From contig NC_058368.1 of the NCBI RefSeq assembly GCF_018350175.1, positions 212,600,001 through 212,664,000 of the forward strand: DNA of 64,000 nucleotides. The letters are read 5' to 3'. The position numbers were made by a program, and so were the translations under genes. Within the stretch, counting starts at the first letter, position 1, and the number at the start of each line of letters is the position of its first letter. The notes beneath the pieces are model-generated. The model was not told the origin of the DNA, ran no database searches, and saw only the letters and a program-made list of their open reading frames with translations. Below are positions 51,080-64,000 of this stretch, in pieces. The DNA comes from Felis catus (taxonomy: Eukaryota).

Positions 51080-54000
51080 ATATAAAGACTGGTTTGATTT
51101 CAGTCTTTTAAAATTTGTTGAGATTTGTTTTGTGGCCTAGTATACGGGCCACATGAACATGAAACTATTGTTATTCTGTAGAACGTGTATAAGTATAAAA
51201 TAGGTCAAGATGGTTGATAGTGTTGTTCACACCTTTATAATCTTACTCATTTCATTTTTGTATGTATGTTTGAAGAATTGCTAAGAAAGGAAAGTTGAAA
51301 TCTGTAGCTAAAACTATAGATTTGCCGAATTTCCGCTTTTATTTGTCATTTTTTACCTCATGAAATTTGAAGCTCTGTTATGGGTATGTACACATTTAGG
51401 TGTACTATCTTTTCTAGGCCCATTTTGAATTGACCCATTTATCATTATGAAATATCTGTCTTTATCTCTGATGATATATCTTATTTGATATCTATTATGC
51501 CTAATGTTAATATAGCCACTCCAGCTTTCTTTCTACTAGTTGCCAATGACTGCTATATATTCATCGTTTTACTTTAAATCTGTGACCTTATGTTAGAAGT
51601 GGTTTACTTCTAGACAGATGGTGAAATCTTGCTGCTTTATCCATAGTGACACCACTGTCCTGTACTTGGAGTGTTTAGGCCATTTCATTTTAATGTAAAT
51701 ATCAATGTTGTTGAGTTTAGAACTACCATCTTTCTTTACATTTTCTATTTTTCCCAATTTTTCCTCTTTTTTCCTGACTTTTTAAAAATTTAAATATTTT
51801 ATAGAATTCAGTTTTATCTCTACTAATGGCTTATTCATTTTTAGTGCTTCTTTGGGTTTTACAATATGATTTTTTAATTTACCTATCACATTCTACCATC
51901 AAATTATATTATACCATATATGTATAAGAATCTCACAACAGTACATATCTATTTTCCCCCATCTATTGTTGTTATCTATTTTGCTTCTCTATGTTATAAA
52001 TCTCAGCAAGTTATTATTTTTGCTTTATCTTTTAAAAATAATTTTAAGTGCTAAATGTAAATTTCTTACATTTACTCACATTTCTACTGTTTCTGGCATT
52101 TTTCATTCCTTTGTATAGATCTGGATTTCTATTTGGTGCCATCTTCCTTTACATTTCCTTTAACATTTCAAGTACTGTAAGTCCTCTGACAATGAACTTA
52201 CTGGTACTGCTTTTGCTTTTCGGTTTCAGAAAGTTTTTATTTTTCATTTTAGAAGGATATTTTTGCATAGAATTCCATGTGTATAGATTCTTTTGAACAT
52301 TTAAAAGAATCTTTTTTTTTATTTTAGCTTCCATAGTTATAGCAAGCATTCTGTGGATCCTTATCTTTGTTCCTTTGAATGCTCTCTTTGTTCCTTTTTA
52401 AGTCTTCTTTTCCTTTAGTTGCTTTAAAATTTTTCATTTCGGTGCCTATTTTCAGCAGTTTGTGATTTGCTTTCAAATGGTTTTCTTTGTGTTTATGTTG
52501 CTTGGGACTTATTGAGATTCTTAGATCTATATGTTTATACTTTCATCAAATGTGGCAGATTTGGGGCCATTATTTTTTTTAACATTCTTTAGCTCACTTC
52601 CCCCCTCCTATAACTTAAACTACAATTATGATAGACTCCGCACATTATTCCATAAGGCACTGATGTTTACTTTATGTTTACTTTATGTTTGTATTTTTAG
52701 TCTTTTTCTCTTTTAGGTACAGTATCTTTGATTTTTTTATCAATTTCATTATGAATGAAAGTAAACGATATTTTTTAAATGGTTACAGACTGTTTATTAC
52801 AGATTCTCTGTTCATAGCCTTTATTTATTATCTATTTAGATTGCTCATCTTTCCTTGTACATTTAAGAAATTAGTCCTTTGTCCTGTATATTGAAGATAC
52901 TTTATATTCATTCTTTATCCATTTATTTTACTTGTAGAGTATGTATGTATATTTCCCTACAGAAGTCTACAAATTTTTAACATGTATTCAAATTCATTAT
53001 TTTCCTTTATGAATTTTTTGTTTCCCATTCTACATAGAAGGCCCTACCTCATTTCAAGAAATAAAATAGTCTCATTTACTTTCTCATATTTGGGGGTTTT
53101 TAAATTTTGAAGCTCAAAATTTTGATTTATCTAGATTTAGATTTGAGCACTGGAGTAGCAAGGCCTTTTCCTATATACATAGCTAGTTTCTCTCATACCA
53201 CCTCCTGGATAATCCAGCTCTCTCTTTTTTTTTAAGTTTATTTATTTTGGGAAAGACAGAGACAGTGCAAGTGGGGGAGGGGCACAGAAGGAGACAGAGA
53301 ATCCCAAGCATCCCCTGTGCAGAGCCCAATGTGGGGTTCACAGCCACAAAACTGTAAGATTATGACCTGAGCTGAAGCCAAGAGTCAGATGTTTAACTGA
53401 CTGACCCACCCAGGCACCACCATAATCCATCTTTTTACCCACTGATGGTACTCATCACCCAAATCAGGATTAGGTTTACCTGTGACTTAGATACTAAACA
53501 TAAAAGTGTCATACACAAGAAAAAAGTATATTTTTCTGTTGCAGTGGAGGCCAGTAGTCTGGGGTTTCTATAGTGGCTCTAATCCATTAAATCCCCCAGA
53601 GACACACACTGTCTCACTGATGTACTATCTCTAAAATGTGGGCTTTTGGGTCCAAATCAAAAATGTGAGTCAATGTGGTGCTATTTGATTCACATAGGTT
53701 TCATTTGTATGCTAAGCAACAGGATGAAGAATAGGATGAAGAAAACAAGAAAAGGGTGAGACATAAATTGACTTTTAAGGCAGTTTCCCAAAAGTTGTTA
53801 CATAACACTTCAGCTTAAATTTCATTGGCTAAAACTTAATCTCTTGGCTAGACGTATTTGTAAAAGATGCTGCAAAAAGTATTGTTCATTTTGAGCATGC
53901 ATGTGCCCACCTAAAAACGGCTGAGCTCTGGGAAAAGTCAACAAAAGACTATTAGGGGTAAAGTGGTGGTCTCTGCCAGACTCCTCAAAATGATACCATC

Positions 54001-55080
54001 AATCCCAGTGGATTCTTCATATCTAGATTCTCGCATTTTCCTCGTTCTCACTGTGAGTTTTTCCTGTGTCAGTGCTATTCTGTTCTAATTAACATAGACT
54101 TAGTCTCTATATCACGTAAGATTAGACCATTACCCTTCCCCCCCCCCCCAGAGTTTTCAGATTTTTGGTATGTATTGAACAATCCATAGTAAAGTAAAAT
54201 TTTTATATACAGAATTTTTACTTAAGAGAGATATTCAGTGCTTTGGAGAAATGCCTTAATAAATTTCCTAAGAGATACTTGAGCCACTGCAAGGCACCAA
54301 GACATCAGAAAAGAAGGTTCCTATTGTATAACACAGAAGAAGATTGTGGACTTGGAGGGAAAATTCAATCTGCGAGGGACTGAATAGAAAGCATTTCTAT
54401 TGGTGGGATATAAAATCCTTCTCTGCATGCTCTTCTTCTGATTTTAGTTTAAGTCTGCCAAATATACAAATTCTTAAAGAGACCGTTTCAGCTATAGAAA
54501 CTAAAGAGGAGCTGAGTATCAATGTGAGATCAGTAAGCTGTGGGAAAAAAAAAATTACTCAAAGAGCCCCAAAGCAAAAAGGTCATGGGATATAGATCCC
54601 AGAGATTTACAGAACTCTTATGAAGGGTTTAGGACTTTCTTAGATTATGAAATTAAAGAGGTGAAGGCAGTCCTAAGAATGTCTCACAGGTTGAGGAAAT
54701 TCCAAGTGACACCTGGGTTTCGAATCATTTTGTTAAATCCCCCACCCCATGTACAAAATATAAAATATCTCAAGTCATTTAGTAGTGTTTTATTCAGCAT
54801 GTATTAAATTTATAGATTAATTTAATGTGAATTGACATCCTCACAATATCAAGACTTTTCTTTCCTAAACAAGACATGTATTTTTACTAATTGAAGAAGA
54901 AAATTAAAGCATTTTAATTTTCTTCTTATAGAATAAATTTATTGCTTGTTATTTTCTTATAGTTGCAGTTGTGAAAGGCATATTTACATTATTTTTTATA
55001 ATTGTTTAAATATAGTCGAACTATTAATTTTCAGATCAAGTTTGTAAATAACAACTTTTCTTAAATTATATAGTATTAGT
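51080..55080 (-). mobile_element. Cluster of old antisense L1M relics with nested elements
   Basis: 'aaatttgttgagatttgttttgtggcctag', 'gttaatatagccactccagctttct' and 'attaaatttatagattaatttaatgtgaattgacatcctcacaatatcaag' are antisense L1 ORF2/ORF1 motifs. Confidence 0.7.
53222..53419 (-). mobile_element. CAN-SINE (older)
   Basis: Reverse SINE; degenerate TSD ataatcca. Confidence 0.88.
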
Positions 55081-55084
55081 GAAA

Positions 55085-56858
55085 CTCTGCCACAGCACAA
55101 CAAATGGGTTGAATAATTTCAACCACATACAATTTGAGATCATATTATTGTGGGGTTAATGAGGCAGGTCTATATAGGTAGCCAGGTGGGAGGTCTAATG
55201 TCCACTTGTAAAATCCAAACCTATCCCAAGTCCTGATGGCAGTTGCCACTCTCACTTAAAAATCACTGAGGAAGGGGCACCTGGGTAGCTCAGTCGGTTG
55301 AGCATTTGACTTCAGCTTAAGTCATGATCTCACGGTTCATGGGCTTAAGACCTGCATCAGGCTCTGTCCTGACAGCTTAGAGCCTGGAGCCTGCTTCGGA
55401 TTCTGTGTCTCCCTCTCTCTCTGCCCCACCTCTGCTCATGTTCTGTTTTCTCTCTCAAAAATAAATACGCAGTACAAATTTTTTTAATTAAAAAAAAGGC
55501 AATGAGGAAAATTCTGAACCTGGTGGCTGGCTGGAATTTACAGCATAGCAGCAGTCATTCCAAATCTCTGTTATTTGGTACCTCTTTTGTTAGCCAGACC
55601 TGGGAATATTGGCCCACAAGAATTATGAGGACATAGGGACTCATATTGTGTTTCCCATATTGTGTTTTGAAAGACACAGGATTTCATGCCACATACCTGC
55701 CTGCCTCTCCCCTTTATGCCCCACCCCTCACCATAAAATGAGAACTTTAGTCTACCCCCATGTGAGAATGAGAAGTAGAACCAGTTGCTAACCACACGAT
55801 ATCCGAATTTGGATGATTCTGGGTTAGCTAATGACACAATTTCTTTCCTGCAATTGGAGTCATTACCTGATTGAATTTATGAGAATTATAAATTCTCTTT
55901 CATTCTCAACATCCATTTGTGTTCTGCACAAATGGATGTGTTCTACCTTAATACCTCCATTCCATGGGTCAAGGAACCACAGTGATGCCTCTGCCAATGG
56001 CTGAATAATGTTCTTCCCATTATGCATTCCAGAACTTGGGCAATAACCATAAAGCCAATACAGGGACCACTGGGCTCACTGTACAGTAGACCTGAGCCAA
56101 AACTCTGTGGGTCATCTGACAGGAACACAATGATATTTTGGGTCTCCAGAAATAGTGTCCCTCAGAGCCAGTGTGGCCAGAATGATAGGGCTGCTTCTAT
56201 GGGCAAAAATAGTTTGATGGAATTTAGGTATTCAGGGTCCCCTGCTTTACTAGAATCTGCCCAACTGTCCCATAATAATTTTCAGAATCCCTTTCCTTCC
56301 CAATCAGCATCTTAATGTTAACAAGTGAGACTCTATAAGTGAGAATTCAATTTGTCTTGTAATTCAGCTACATATCAGAGTGGACTTTGGTTTTGGTTTT
56401 CAGAAATATCAGCCTTGCTACTATAGGAGATAGGAGTTTCTTTGAGAGTAGTTATAGAAGCAGTACCCTAAGCTGGGGATTTAAAGCCTTCCTTTCATAA
56501 TTTTTTCCCCTAAATTCTCTAGCACACTTAGAAGCAATCAACCAACTCCATTATACTTATTTTCACTAACCTTTTCTGTGGCAGAAAATATTTTGCAACC
56601 CAAAGCCTTGCCTTCTATAGGCACCTTATTACAGGTAATAAGTTGAGTAACTCTTTTGCCACTGAATGCCATCAACAGTGCTGCCTTTACCATTGGAAAT
56701 AGTCATCAATGCCCTTAAATCTAACTATATCAGAGAACCAAAAAAAAACCCCAGAATCAATTTAGGAACTCTTGTTTGAGATCATGTTCCTTAGGAACTA
56801 CTTTTAATATTAAGTTCTTTATCATTCAGGGTTCAATCTGAGAAGCAGAACCACTAGG

Positions 56859-56906
<48 letters not shown>

Positions 56907-56915
56907 CGTGTGTTA
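55085..56915 (-). mobile_element. Second, heavily deleted ERV-L-class internal fragment plus LTR stub
   Basis: 56060-56150 parallels the protease region of the first provirus (14370-14480), and 56540-56815 parallels its gag start/leader (16700-16910). It is followed by the LTR-like 'tcagggttcaatctgagaagcagaaccactagga' and (TG)n at 56862-56905. Confidence 0.65.
55274..55495 (+). mobile_element. CAN-SINE
   Basis: ggggcacctgggtagctcagtcggttgagcatttgacttcagc...; degenerate TSD ending tgaggaa. Confidence 0.92.
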
Positions 56916-59400
56916 AGAGAGAGGCAATGCAGCTACTTCAATTTAAGTTTTTCTTGGGACTTCTTCATTGATCCAAGTGTTACTTGAAAGTTTGTTATTT
57001 AATCCTCACATATTTTGGGTGATATATAGCTATCTTTATTTATAGCTGTGTTGTTATTGATTTCTAGTTTAATTCCACTGTGGTCTGAAAACACCTTGTA
57101 TAATTTGTTTTTTAAGACTTCTTTTATGTCCCAGAATTTGGTCTCTGTTGGTGAATGTTCCATATGAGCTTCAGAGGACTGTGCATTCTTTTGTTGTTGG
57201 ATGGGAGATTCTTTAAATGTCAGTTAAATCCAGTTGATTGACGTTGCTCTTCTGGTCAACTCGTCCTTACTGATTTTCCTCCTGCTTGATGTATCAATTA
57301 CTGAAAGGGGGGTGTTAAAATTTCCAGCTATAGTAGTGGATTTGTGTGTTTTTCCTCAGAGGTCTATCAGTTTTTTCCTTATATATTTGTATGCTCTATT
57401 GTTAAAGTACAAACAGGCTAAAGATTATGTCTTCTTGGAGAATTAACCCCTTGCTTGCTTTGTTGCTTCAGACAGTTTTTTTATTTTTTTTTCTTGCCTA
57501 TTAGCACAACTTGGGATTTTTGTTGTTGTGGAAAACTGGACATGGCGTATCAGGTGATAGAAACTGAGGTAAATGTGTTGTATAGTGTGAGGTTTAATAT
57601 TAATCTGGTTAGGAATTGGGTTGTGTCTAATGTTTGTTCTACCTGTAGATGCCAGAGCCTTCATTTCCTCTAGTGTCCTTGCTTTTGTCTCTCCTGCTCT
57701 CCTTGGGTTTCCCTAAGAACCCCTTTTACAAATAGAGTCTGCTACTTGCAGCTCTTTGGTCTGCAAACCATTGTTAGGATACTAGAGCCTTGTCAATGTG
57801 GCAATAACCTGGGGGTAACGTTCTATAATATTATGATTAAGTCTGGCTTTTCATAGGTTTACATCCCTGGGCTGTGACCTTCACAAGTGTTTCTTAGCTT
57901 TTCCCCCTCTTAGATGAGTCTGGAAGTCTAGAGAGGGCTGGAATGTGTAATTGCCCTTCCCTCACATGGAATAGGGCTTTGATAATGTTTTCTTTTGAAG
58001 AATAGGCCTTTGTTATGGAGAATGCTCTGAATTTGTTTCAGAATGGTTACTTTCCACCTCCCACTGTCAGAAACACTAGGGAATTTTTATTGGTTTTCAC
58101 CTGAGAACTGGATGGCGTCCCAGAGGTAAAAGCCATGACAGTGCAGGTTCATCTTGGACTGTAGTCCCCAGGAATTTTTCATCCATGCTAGTCCCCACTC
58201 AGGAATCAGCAGTTCCTCAAACTTACCACTTAAGTGTTTTGACCTTAGCAGCTTCTCTTCCAGGTAAACCGATATCAGCTGTGGACCTCTGTGTTTGCCT
58301 GCCTCTGCAGATATCCTACAGAGTGTATGCTTAGTAGTTTGCCTGTGACCTCCTTCTCTAATAGGCCCAAGGAGAGTCATTGATTTGCAGTTTGCTCAAC
58401 TGTGTTTGTTTGTTTTTATAGGACAGGAGTGATGACTTTTAAATTCTACGTGTTGAAGCTAAAAATGGAAATTGGATTCTTTTTTTGTTTAATACTTTAA
58501 GTCCAATCTTTTCAGTAGGCTATGTCTCAGTACTGATCATTTTCTATGAAATTATCCTAGAACAGTATACTGCACTTGTAAATGGCAAGTTCAGTTCTCT
58601 CATTTTATCTTTAAAGTTTTTTTTTTCTGTTCCATCGTTTCTGTATACTACCTCAAGGACACCAATTTATCTATACATGATTGGTCTTTGTTGTCTGTCA
58701 CTATAGCTCCTCCTTACTTCCTTTTATCATTTTGTCTATTTTAACTGCATTCTGCAACATTTTCTAGAGCTCATCCTCAGCTTGCTCTTTTGTTGTTCTC
58801 ATTCATTACTTGCTGTTTATAAATAATTAATTAGTCTTACTATAATTTTGTTTTGCCTCCAGTTCGTCATCCAGCCTCACTTTTACCTTATTTTGTTGCC
58901 ATCATTTCAGCATGATTTCTTCTTTCAAAAATTTCATCTTTGGGGACCTTGGGTGGCTCAGTTGGTTGAGCATCCAACTCTTGATTTCAGCTTAAGTCAT
59001 GATCCCAAGGTTAGGGGATCAAGCCCTGTGCTGGGCTCTGTGCTCAGCGTGGAGTCTGCTTAAGATTCTCTCTCCCTCTCCCCGTGCCCCCTCCTTCACT
59101 TAATGCATGCATGCGTGCGCGCTCTCTCTCTCTCTCTCTCCAAGCAATAATAATAATAATAATAATAATCTTTTCTCTAATTTTATTTAATGCATAAATA
59201 TTTTTTCATTATTGGTGTCTTCATCCAAAGTGAATTATTTTCCTGGGTTGCAAAATTATGTGCTTACATTTTTTAAAATTTTGCTTGTTTTTCTGTATTG
59301 TTTTGGTGTAGTGGCTCTGTTTCACTTTGCCATTTCTTTTCTGAAATATATGGATAGTTTCTCCCTGCCAGCTTTCTACTTGATCTGGTCTTTTTTGTAA
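56916..59400 (-). mobile_element. Old antisense L1M relics (ORF2 endonuclease piece, 5' region, ORF1 piece)
   Basis: 'gatttctagtttaattccactgtggtctgaaaacacc...ttggtgaatgttccatatgagctt...ggtgttaaaatttccagctatagtagtggatttgtgtgtttttcct'. Confidence 0.7.
58941..59168 (+). mobile_element. CAN-SINE (older subfamily) with (AAT)n tail
   Basis: ggggaccttgggtggctcagttggttgagcatccaactcttgatttcagc..., (CT)n, (aat)n. Confidence 0.9.
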
Positions 59401-60085
59401 CCTCACTGAATATTTGACTAAATTCTATGTTTGGCTTTTTAGTTACCTAGAAAGGGGCAGTGGTGGGATGGAGGTGAGAAAGAAGAGCTAGACATGTGCC
59501 TTGATTCTATTCACATATTTTGTCTTTAACCTTTTTCGTTGGAACTTTGTTAAACATCTTTCCTCAGATTTTACTCTTGTTTCTTTGAGGGGAACCTCCA
59601 GATCCATGAGGGTACTGGATTATTAACCCATTTTTTTAGAGTGAGTCCTTCAGTTTATCTTCATTAAGTCTTTGGCTATACGAAAACATCACTACTTAGC
59701 TCACCATTCCCCAGCCATCTTTTGTTCCCCACCCACAGTTGTGGTTACATTGGGGAAATACTCAAAATTCAGAAGTTCTTCCAACAATCAATGTGATGCT
59801 TTTTAGCTACGATGGAAAAGTATCCAGTGTTTTGAGGAGTGGTATTTTCCTTTTATTCTCATCTTTCATTTTGCCAAACTTTTATTTATTATAGACAATT
59901 AGCTCTGGATAATTCTTCCTGAAGTATTTCTCTCATGTTGTTGTAAGCCAGAAAAAACAAATTGTGACTTTTTTTAGTTTTTTCACCTTCTCATTCACCT
60001 ACCTTTCCATCCTCTCCCATCGGCCATCAAGAAACTTTTCAGGAATTTGTCCACTCACTTTCTTCCCCATGGTACAGCTTCTGCT

Positions 60086-60088
<3 letters not shown>

Positions 60089-60128
<40 letters not shown>

Positions 60129-60132
60129 ACTC

Positions 60133-60175
<43 letters not shown>
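60089..60175. repeat. Compound (CT)n-(TG)n microsatellite
   Basis: Seen directly. Confidence 0.95.
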
Positions 60176-60176
<1 letters not shown>

Positions 60177-61989
60177 GTATTTGGAGGAGGAGGTGGTAGG
60201 TAGGGAAATCTTACATTATTATTAAAATCTTCATTATCCAAAGGTACTCTAAAATTTAGAATTCATCATTGCATACCTTTTCTTGTTAGAGGATTGTTTC
60301 TCTTTTCTTTGTTAATTTTACTTATATTCATTAATAGTTTAGGGTAGAAGCTTCTATAATCCTATATTTGCTGTTATGTTTCCTCAATAAGTCCTTTACT
60401 ATAGTTCAATATCTGGTATTGATCAAGCAATCCAGGTTTCTTAGAGGAAAATTGCTGTGAAAATGAGCATAATGAACATACTCCTTAAAATGAGTTATCT
60501 TCCTGTGTGGAAATTTGGATAACTGGAAAAAAAGGCTGAGTAATTGAGATCCATTCATGTACTGAGGGTATTGAATGGATGTTAGTCATCACTATCAATT
60601 TCTTCTGTGATTAAATTTCTAATAGTCTCATTGATTGTGCTGAGTTAATTATAAAGACACAAATGAGAGGGTGAGTTAGGAAATAAAGGGAGGGCTGTGT
60701 AATTCACACATCTGATAGTCACCACTCTCCTGCAATTCCCTAACTCCATGTCCAGATATATGAAAGCTGACCTGGGTCTCTGAAATGACAACTTACCACA
60801 AAGACATTTAATCTTGGAGATGAGGAATCTGTAAAACAGATGTAGTGATGCTGAATCCAGGCAAAACTATGAGATAAGTGAAGTTTGTTGTCTGAATCTC
60901 TTAATCCTTTGTTTCCTGGATCACACACTTCTCAAAATCCTTATATCCTACCATTATTCCCCCTGTCTCAAATTCTTTTTTCACTTTAAGGAATAAATAA
61001 CTGGTGAGGGACCTTACCCAAGGGGTAGTTGCATGTAAGCAGGATTAAATCCTTAAGTAAAAGAGTTAAATTGTGGAATATAGGACTTTAGGATTCATCA
61101 AGCTTATAAAACGGATTTCTTTTCCTGCTGAGGCCTCTTGAGCCCCTGAAATCATATTACTTAATAATGCCTAATTCTATTCTTTGTATAAGGAAAACCC
61201 CCAATGGTAATTAATTTCTTTTCAGGTTTTCCATTCTGCTGAAATTGGATACAGCTTTTTGTATTCATTCAGTAAATATCAGTTTATTGTTATTTCTTTA
61301 ACTCAGTAGTGGAGAAGTCAGAACTATTTTTCAACAACTTTATCATTTTACTGGTTTTGGTCTCCAGGTTATGTGAGGCCTTACATACTCTACTACTTTT
61401 AAAACCTTATACATTAAAATCTTTAAAATAAGACTGAGAAATATAGCCTGCGAGTTTTTTTGATTGAACATTTGCCAAGACCAGATAGAATATATCGAAT
61501 CCTCCAGGCTTCTGTTATGAAGCCTTTCTCATTTTCTCACAGTTCTTTAACTTGTAACATTGTCTCAGATTTCAGCAATGCTGTGGTATATAGTTTGTTC
61601 TTAGGATATGCCCTGGCCCTGAGGGATTTCAGGTAATCTACTGATAATATTTTTATGAAAGAGGCCTCTCTTTGGTTCTCCCAGCTTCCAGGGAGATCTC
61701 TAGAATCCCTTTAACTTGTTTCTACAGAAAGGGCTCAAATGTTGCCTTGATTTCAGATTTAAACCCTTGTTGCTAGGCTACTCTGGATATATTTAAAACT
61801 CTCTGGTTCAAGGTAGGAGCATTTATATATTCCTGTGCCAAGTACTATCAAGTCAAGAAATATGAAGACAAAAAAGTAGACTTCTTTCTATCTTTGACAG
61901 TTGCTCATGTCTCTTCATATTCCTGTGAGTATGATAGATCTTTGATGATAGTGGGGATGGTGGTATAAGCAGGAGAAGTCTAAACTAAA

Positions 61990-63000
61990 TGTAAAATGTG
62001 TCATATGGTCATAAGTGCCGTAGAGAAAAGTGAAGTAGAGAAGTGAACTGAGAATGGTAGGATGGAGGGGGATTACATTTTAATATAAGGTAGTTGGGCA
62101 AGGCCTTATTGAGAAGGTGACATTTCAACAAAATGTGAAGATTTGGGACTGAACCATGCAGATATTTGGAGGAAGAGTGTACCAGGAAGAGTAAGCAGCA
62201 AGTGCAAACACTGTTGAGAGGTGAAAGTGTTTGCAGTTTGTTTTAGGCATGGCACAGAGTGTGGTGTTAGCAGAATGGATTAAAGAGCAGGAAGTGATAG
62301 GAAATGATACCAGAGAATTAAGAGGATAGATGGAAGATCTTATAAGCCGTTTTAAGGATTTACTTTCTCTTGTTCGAGTGAAATGGGCTATTAGACATTC
62401 TGAATAGAAGTCTGACATGGTCTAATTTATGTTTTTTAAAGGCTCACTTTAGTTTCTGTATAGAAACTAAAAAGGGTAAAGGTGGAAGCAGTGTATCCAG
62501 TGTAATATTCCAGGCAAGAGATGGTTAGGACTCAGACTGTGGACGTAGTATTAAAACAGTGAGGGGCACCTGGGTTAGTCAGTTAAGCTCAGTCAGTTAA
62601 GCGTCCAACTCTTGATTTCAGCTCAGGTCATGATCTCACAGTTCATGAGTTTGAGCCCCACTGTCCATGCAGAGCTGGCTTGGGATTCTCTCTCCCTTTC
62701 TCTCTCTGCCACTCCCCTGCTCACATGCTGTCTCTCTCTCTTGAATAAATAAATACATTTAAAATTTAAAAAATTTTTAAAACAGTGAGAAGTGATAGGA
62801 TTCCAGATAGATACTGAAGGAGAGTTAGTAAGATTTGCTGAAGGACAAAATGCTGAAATGAGAAAGAAAGGAGTTAGGGATATCTCCAAGATTTTTGAAC
62901 TGCAGCTGGTAAAAAACAAGTAACTGAGATGGAAGAGACTGTGGGAGGAACAGAAATTGTGAGGGAAGAAGCTCCGGTGCTCAGTTAGGAGATACCAAGT
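61990..63000 (-). mobile_element. LINE-2 relic interrupted by a SINE
   Basis: 'ggcaaggccttattgagaaggtgacatttc...gcagatatttggaggaagagtgtaccaggaagag...aatattccaggcaagagatgg...taactgagatggaagagactgtgggaggaacag'. Confidence 0.75.
62563..62776 (+). mobile_element. CAN-SINE with a duplicated head segment
   Basis: TSD ttaaaacagtga; the head contains 'agtcagttaagc' twice. Confidence 0.9.
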
Positions 63001-64000
63001 AGAAACTTGAAATTCAGTTCATTAAATTGAAATGCAAAAAAGTCCAAATAAAAACCTGGCTGTTATCAGCATATAAATGGTATATAAGGAGAAGAGATCC
63101 AAGCACTCCAGACACCATTACCCATGCTTCTTTATCCTCCAGCTTCTTGTTGGTTTTGGCCAATAGGAGTCATTTGCAGGAAAGCAGAGAAGAGAAGAGC
63201 AAGGTCGTGGGTTGGGAAGGTCCCCCAGCTCATGTCCATGTCAGGCAGCCCCCTCTGCTATTCTAAAAGGTTTCACATGCTCTGGTCACCACTTCTTCCC
63301 TTGCTCTCTAGGCCTAGGAATGATGGAGTGACAACTGTTTCTCACTGTTACCAGTCCTGGGTGCTTTGCCACCTCTCATTGGTTCCCTTGACACTATTGA
63401 CTCCATTTAACTTCTTTAAGTTACTGCTTCAGAGTATGCCATCTGTTTTCTGCCAGGACCCTAATGATATAATAGTAGATCCAGTAAAAATAGATTGGAG
63501 GTGGTAGCACTTGAACCCTGAGGTCCAGTGATTATTGATAATTATATATAGTTATTAAAATTATTTTTATTATGATTTTATTTGCTTTATTTTATCCTTA
63601 CAATCAAATGGATTAGAAGCATATTATAAGGAAATAGTAGTTTTGACCTGTTGAATGACCTTAGAAAAGTCATGTCACTTTTCTGAACTTCAGTTGCTGA
63701 GTGAGTTAAACAGACATGGGAACTACTGCCTCTGCTTTCAGAAGTCCGTAAATAATGAGTTTGTACCTCCTTCAGGGTCTTGGAAGAAAGTTGTTGGAGG
63801 AGAATAAAGGCTGACTGCTTACTGTTAAATAATTTCACTGGTACATAAAACCCACAAATGCTAGCTAGAATTGGAAGAGACAGCTAGGGACAGGGGAAGC
63901 CTGTCAATACCTGCAAGGACGAAGTACGTGTCATTTCAAGATGTGTTCAGTAATTTTTTGTGTGTATCAGAATAGATTCTTTCGGTAAAAGACATGTAAC

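Noticed and set aside
1..64000. CRISPR arrays, operons, rRNA or genuine tRNA genes
   Set aside because: This is mammalian repeat-rich DNA. No regularly spaced repeats or rRNA were seen, and the tRNA-like segments are CAN-SINE heads.

Overview
Repeat-rich, AT-rich mammalian non-coding DNA. About 15 tRNA-derived CAN-SINEs, some of the young felid type, point to a cat/felid genome. I recognise no host protein-coding exon or CpG island. The ORFs I could identify are decayed L1 or ERV-L fragments or SINE read-throughs; the rest look like chance ORFs. Main contents: an internally deleted L1 (1-1650), a nearly complete two-LTR ERV-L/MLT2 provirus on the minus strand (~9983-17591), a second decayed ERV-L piece (~55085-56915), many older L1/L2/MIR/MaLR/hAT relics and a 3'-truncated U6 snRNA retrocopy (40854-40922). 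The most unusual structure is a near-perfect inverted duplication: 771-bp arms at 25365-26135 and 26862-27864 around a 726-bp spacer, with 8 substitutions. A SINE with a 16-bp TSD sits in the right arm only, and the left arm keeps the empty site. Repeat subfamily names come from recalled consensus sequences and need RepeatMasker/Dfam confirmation.
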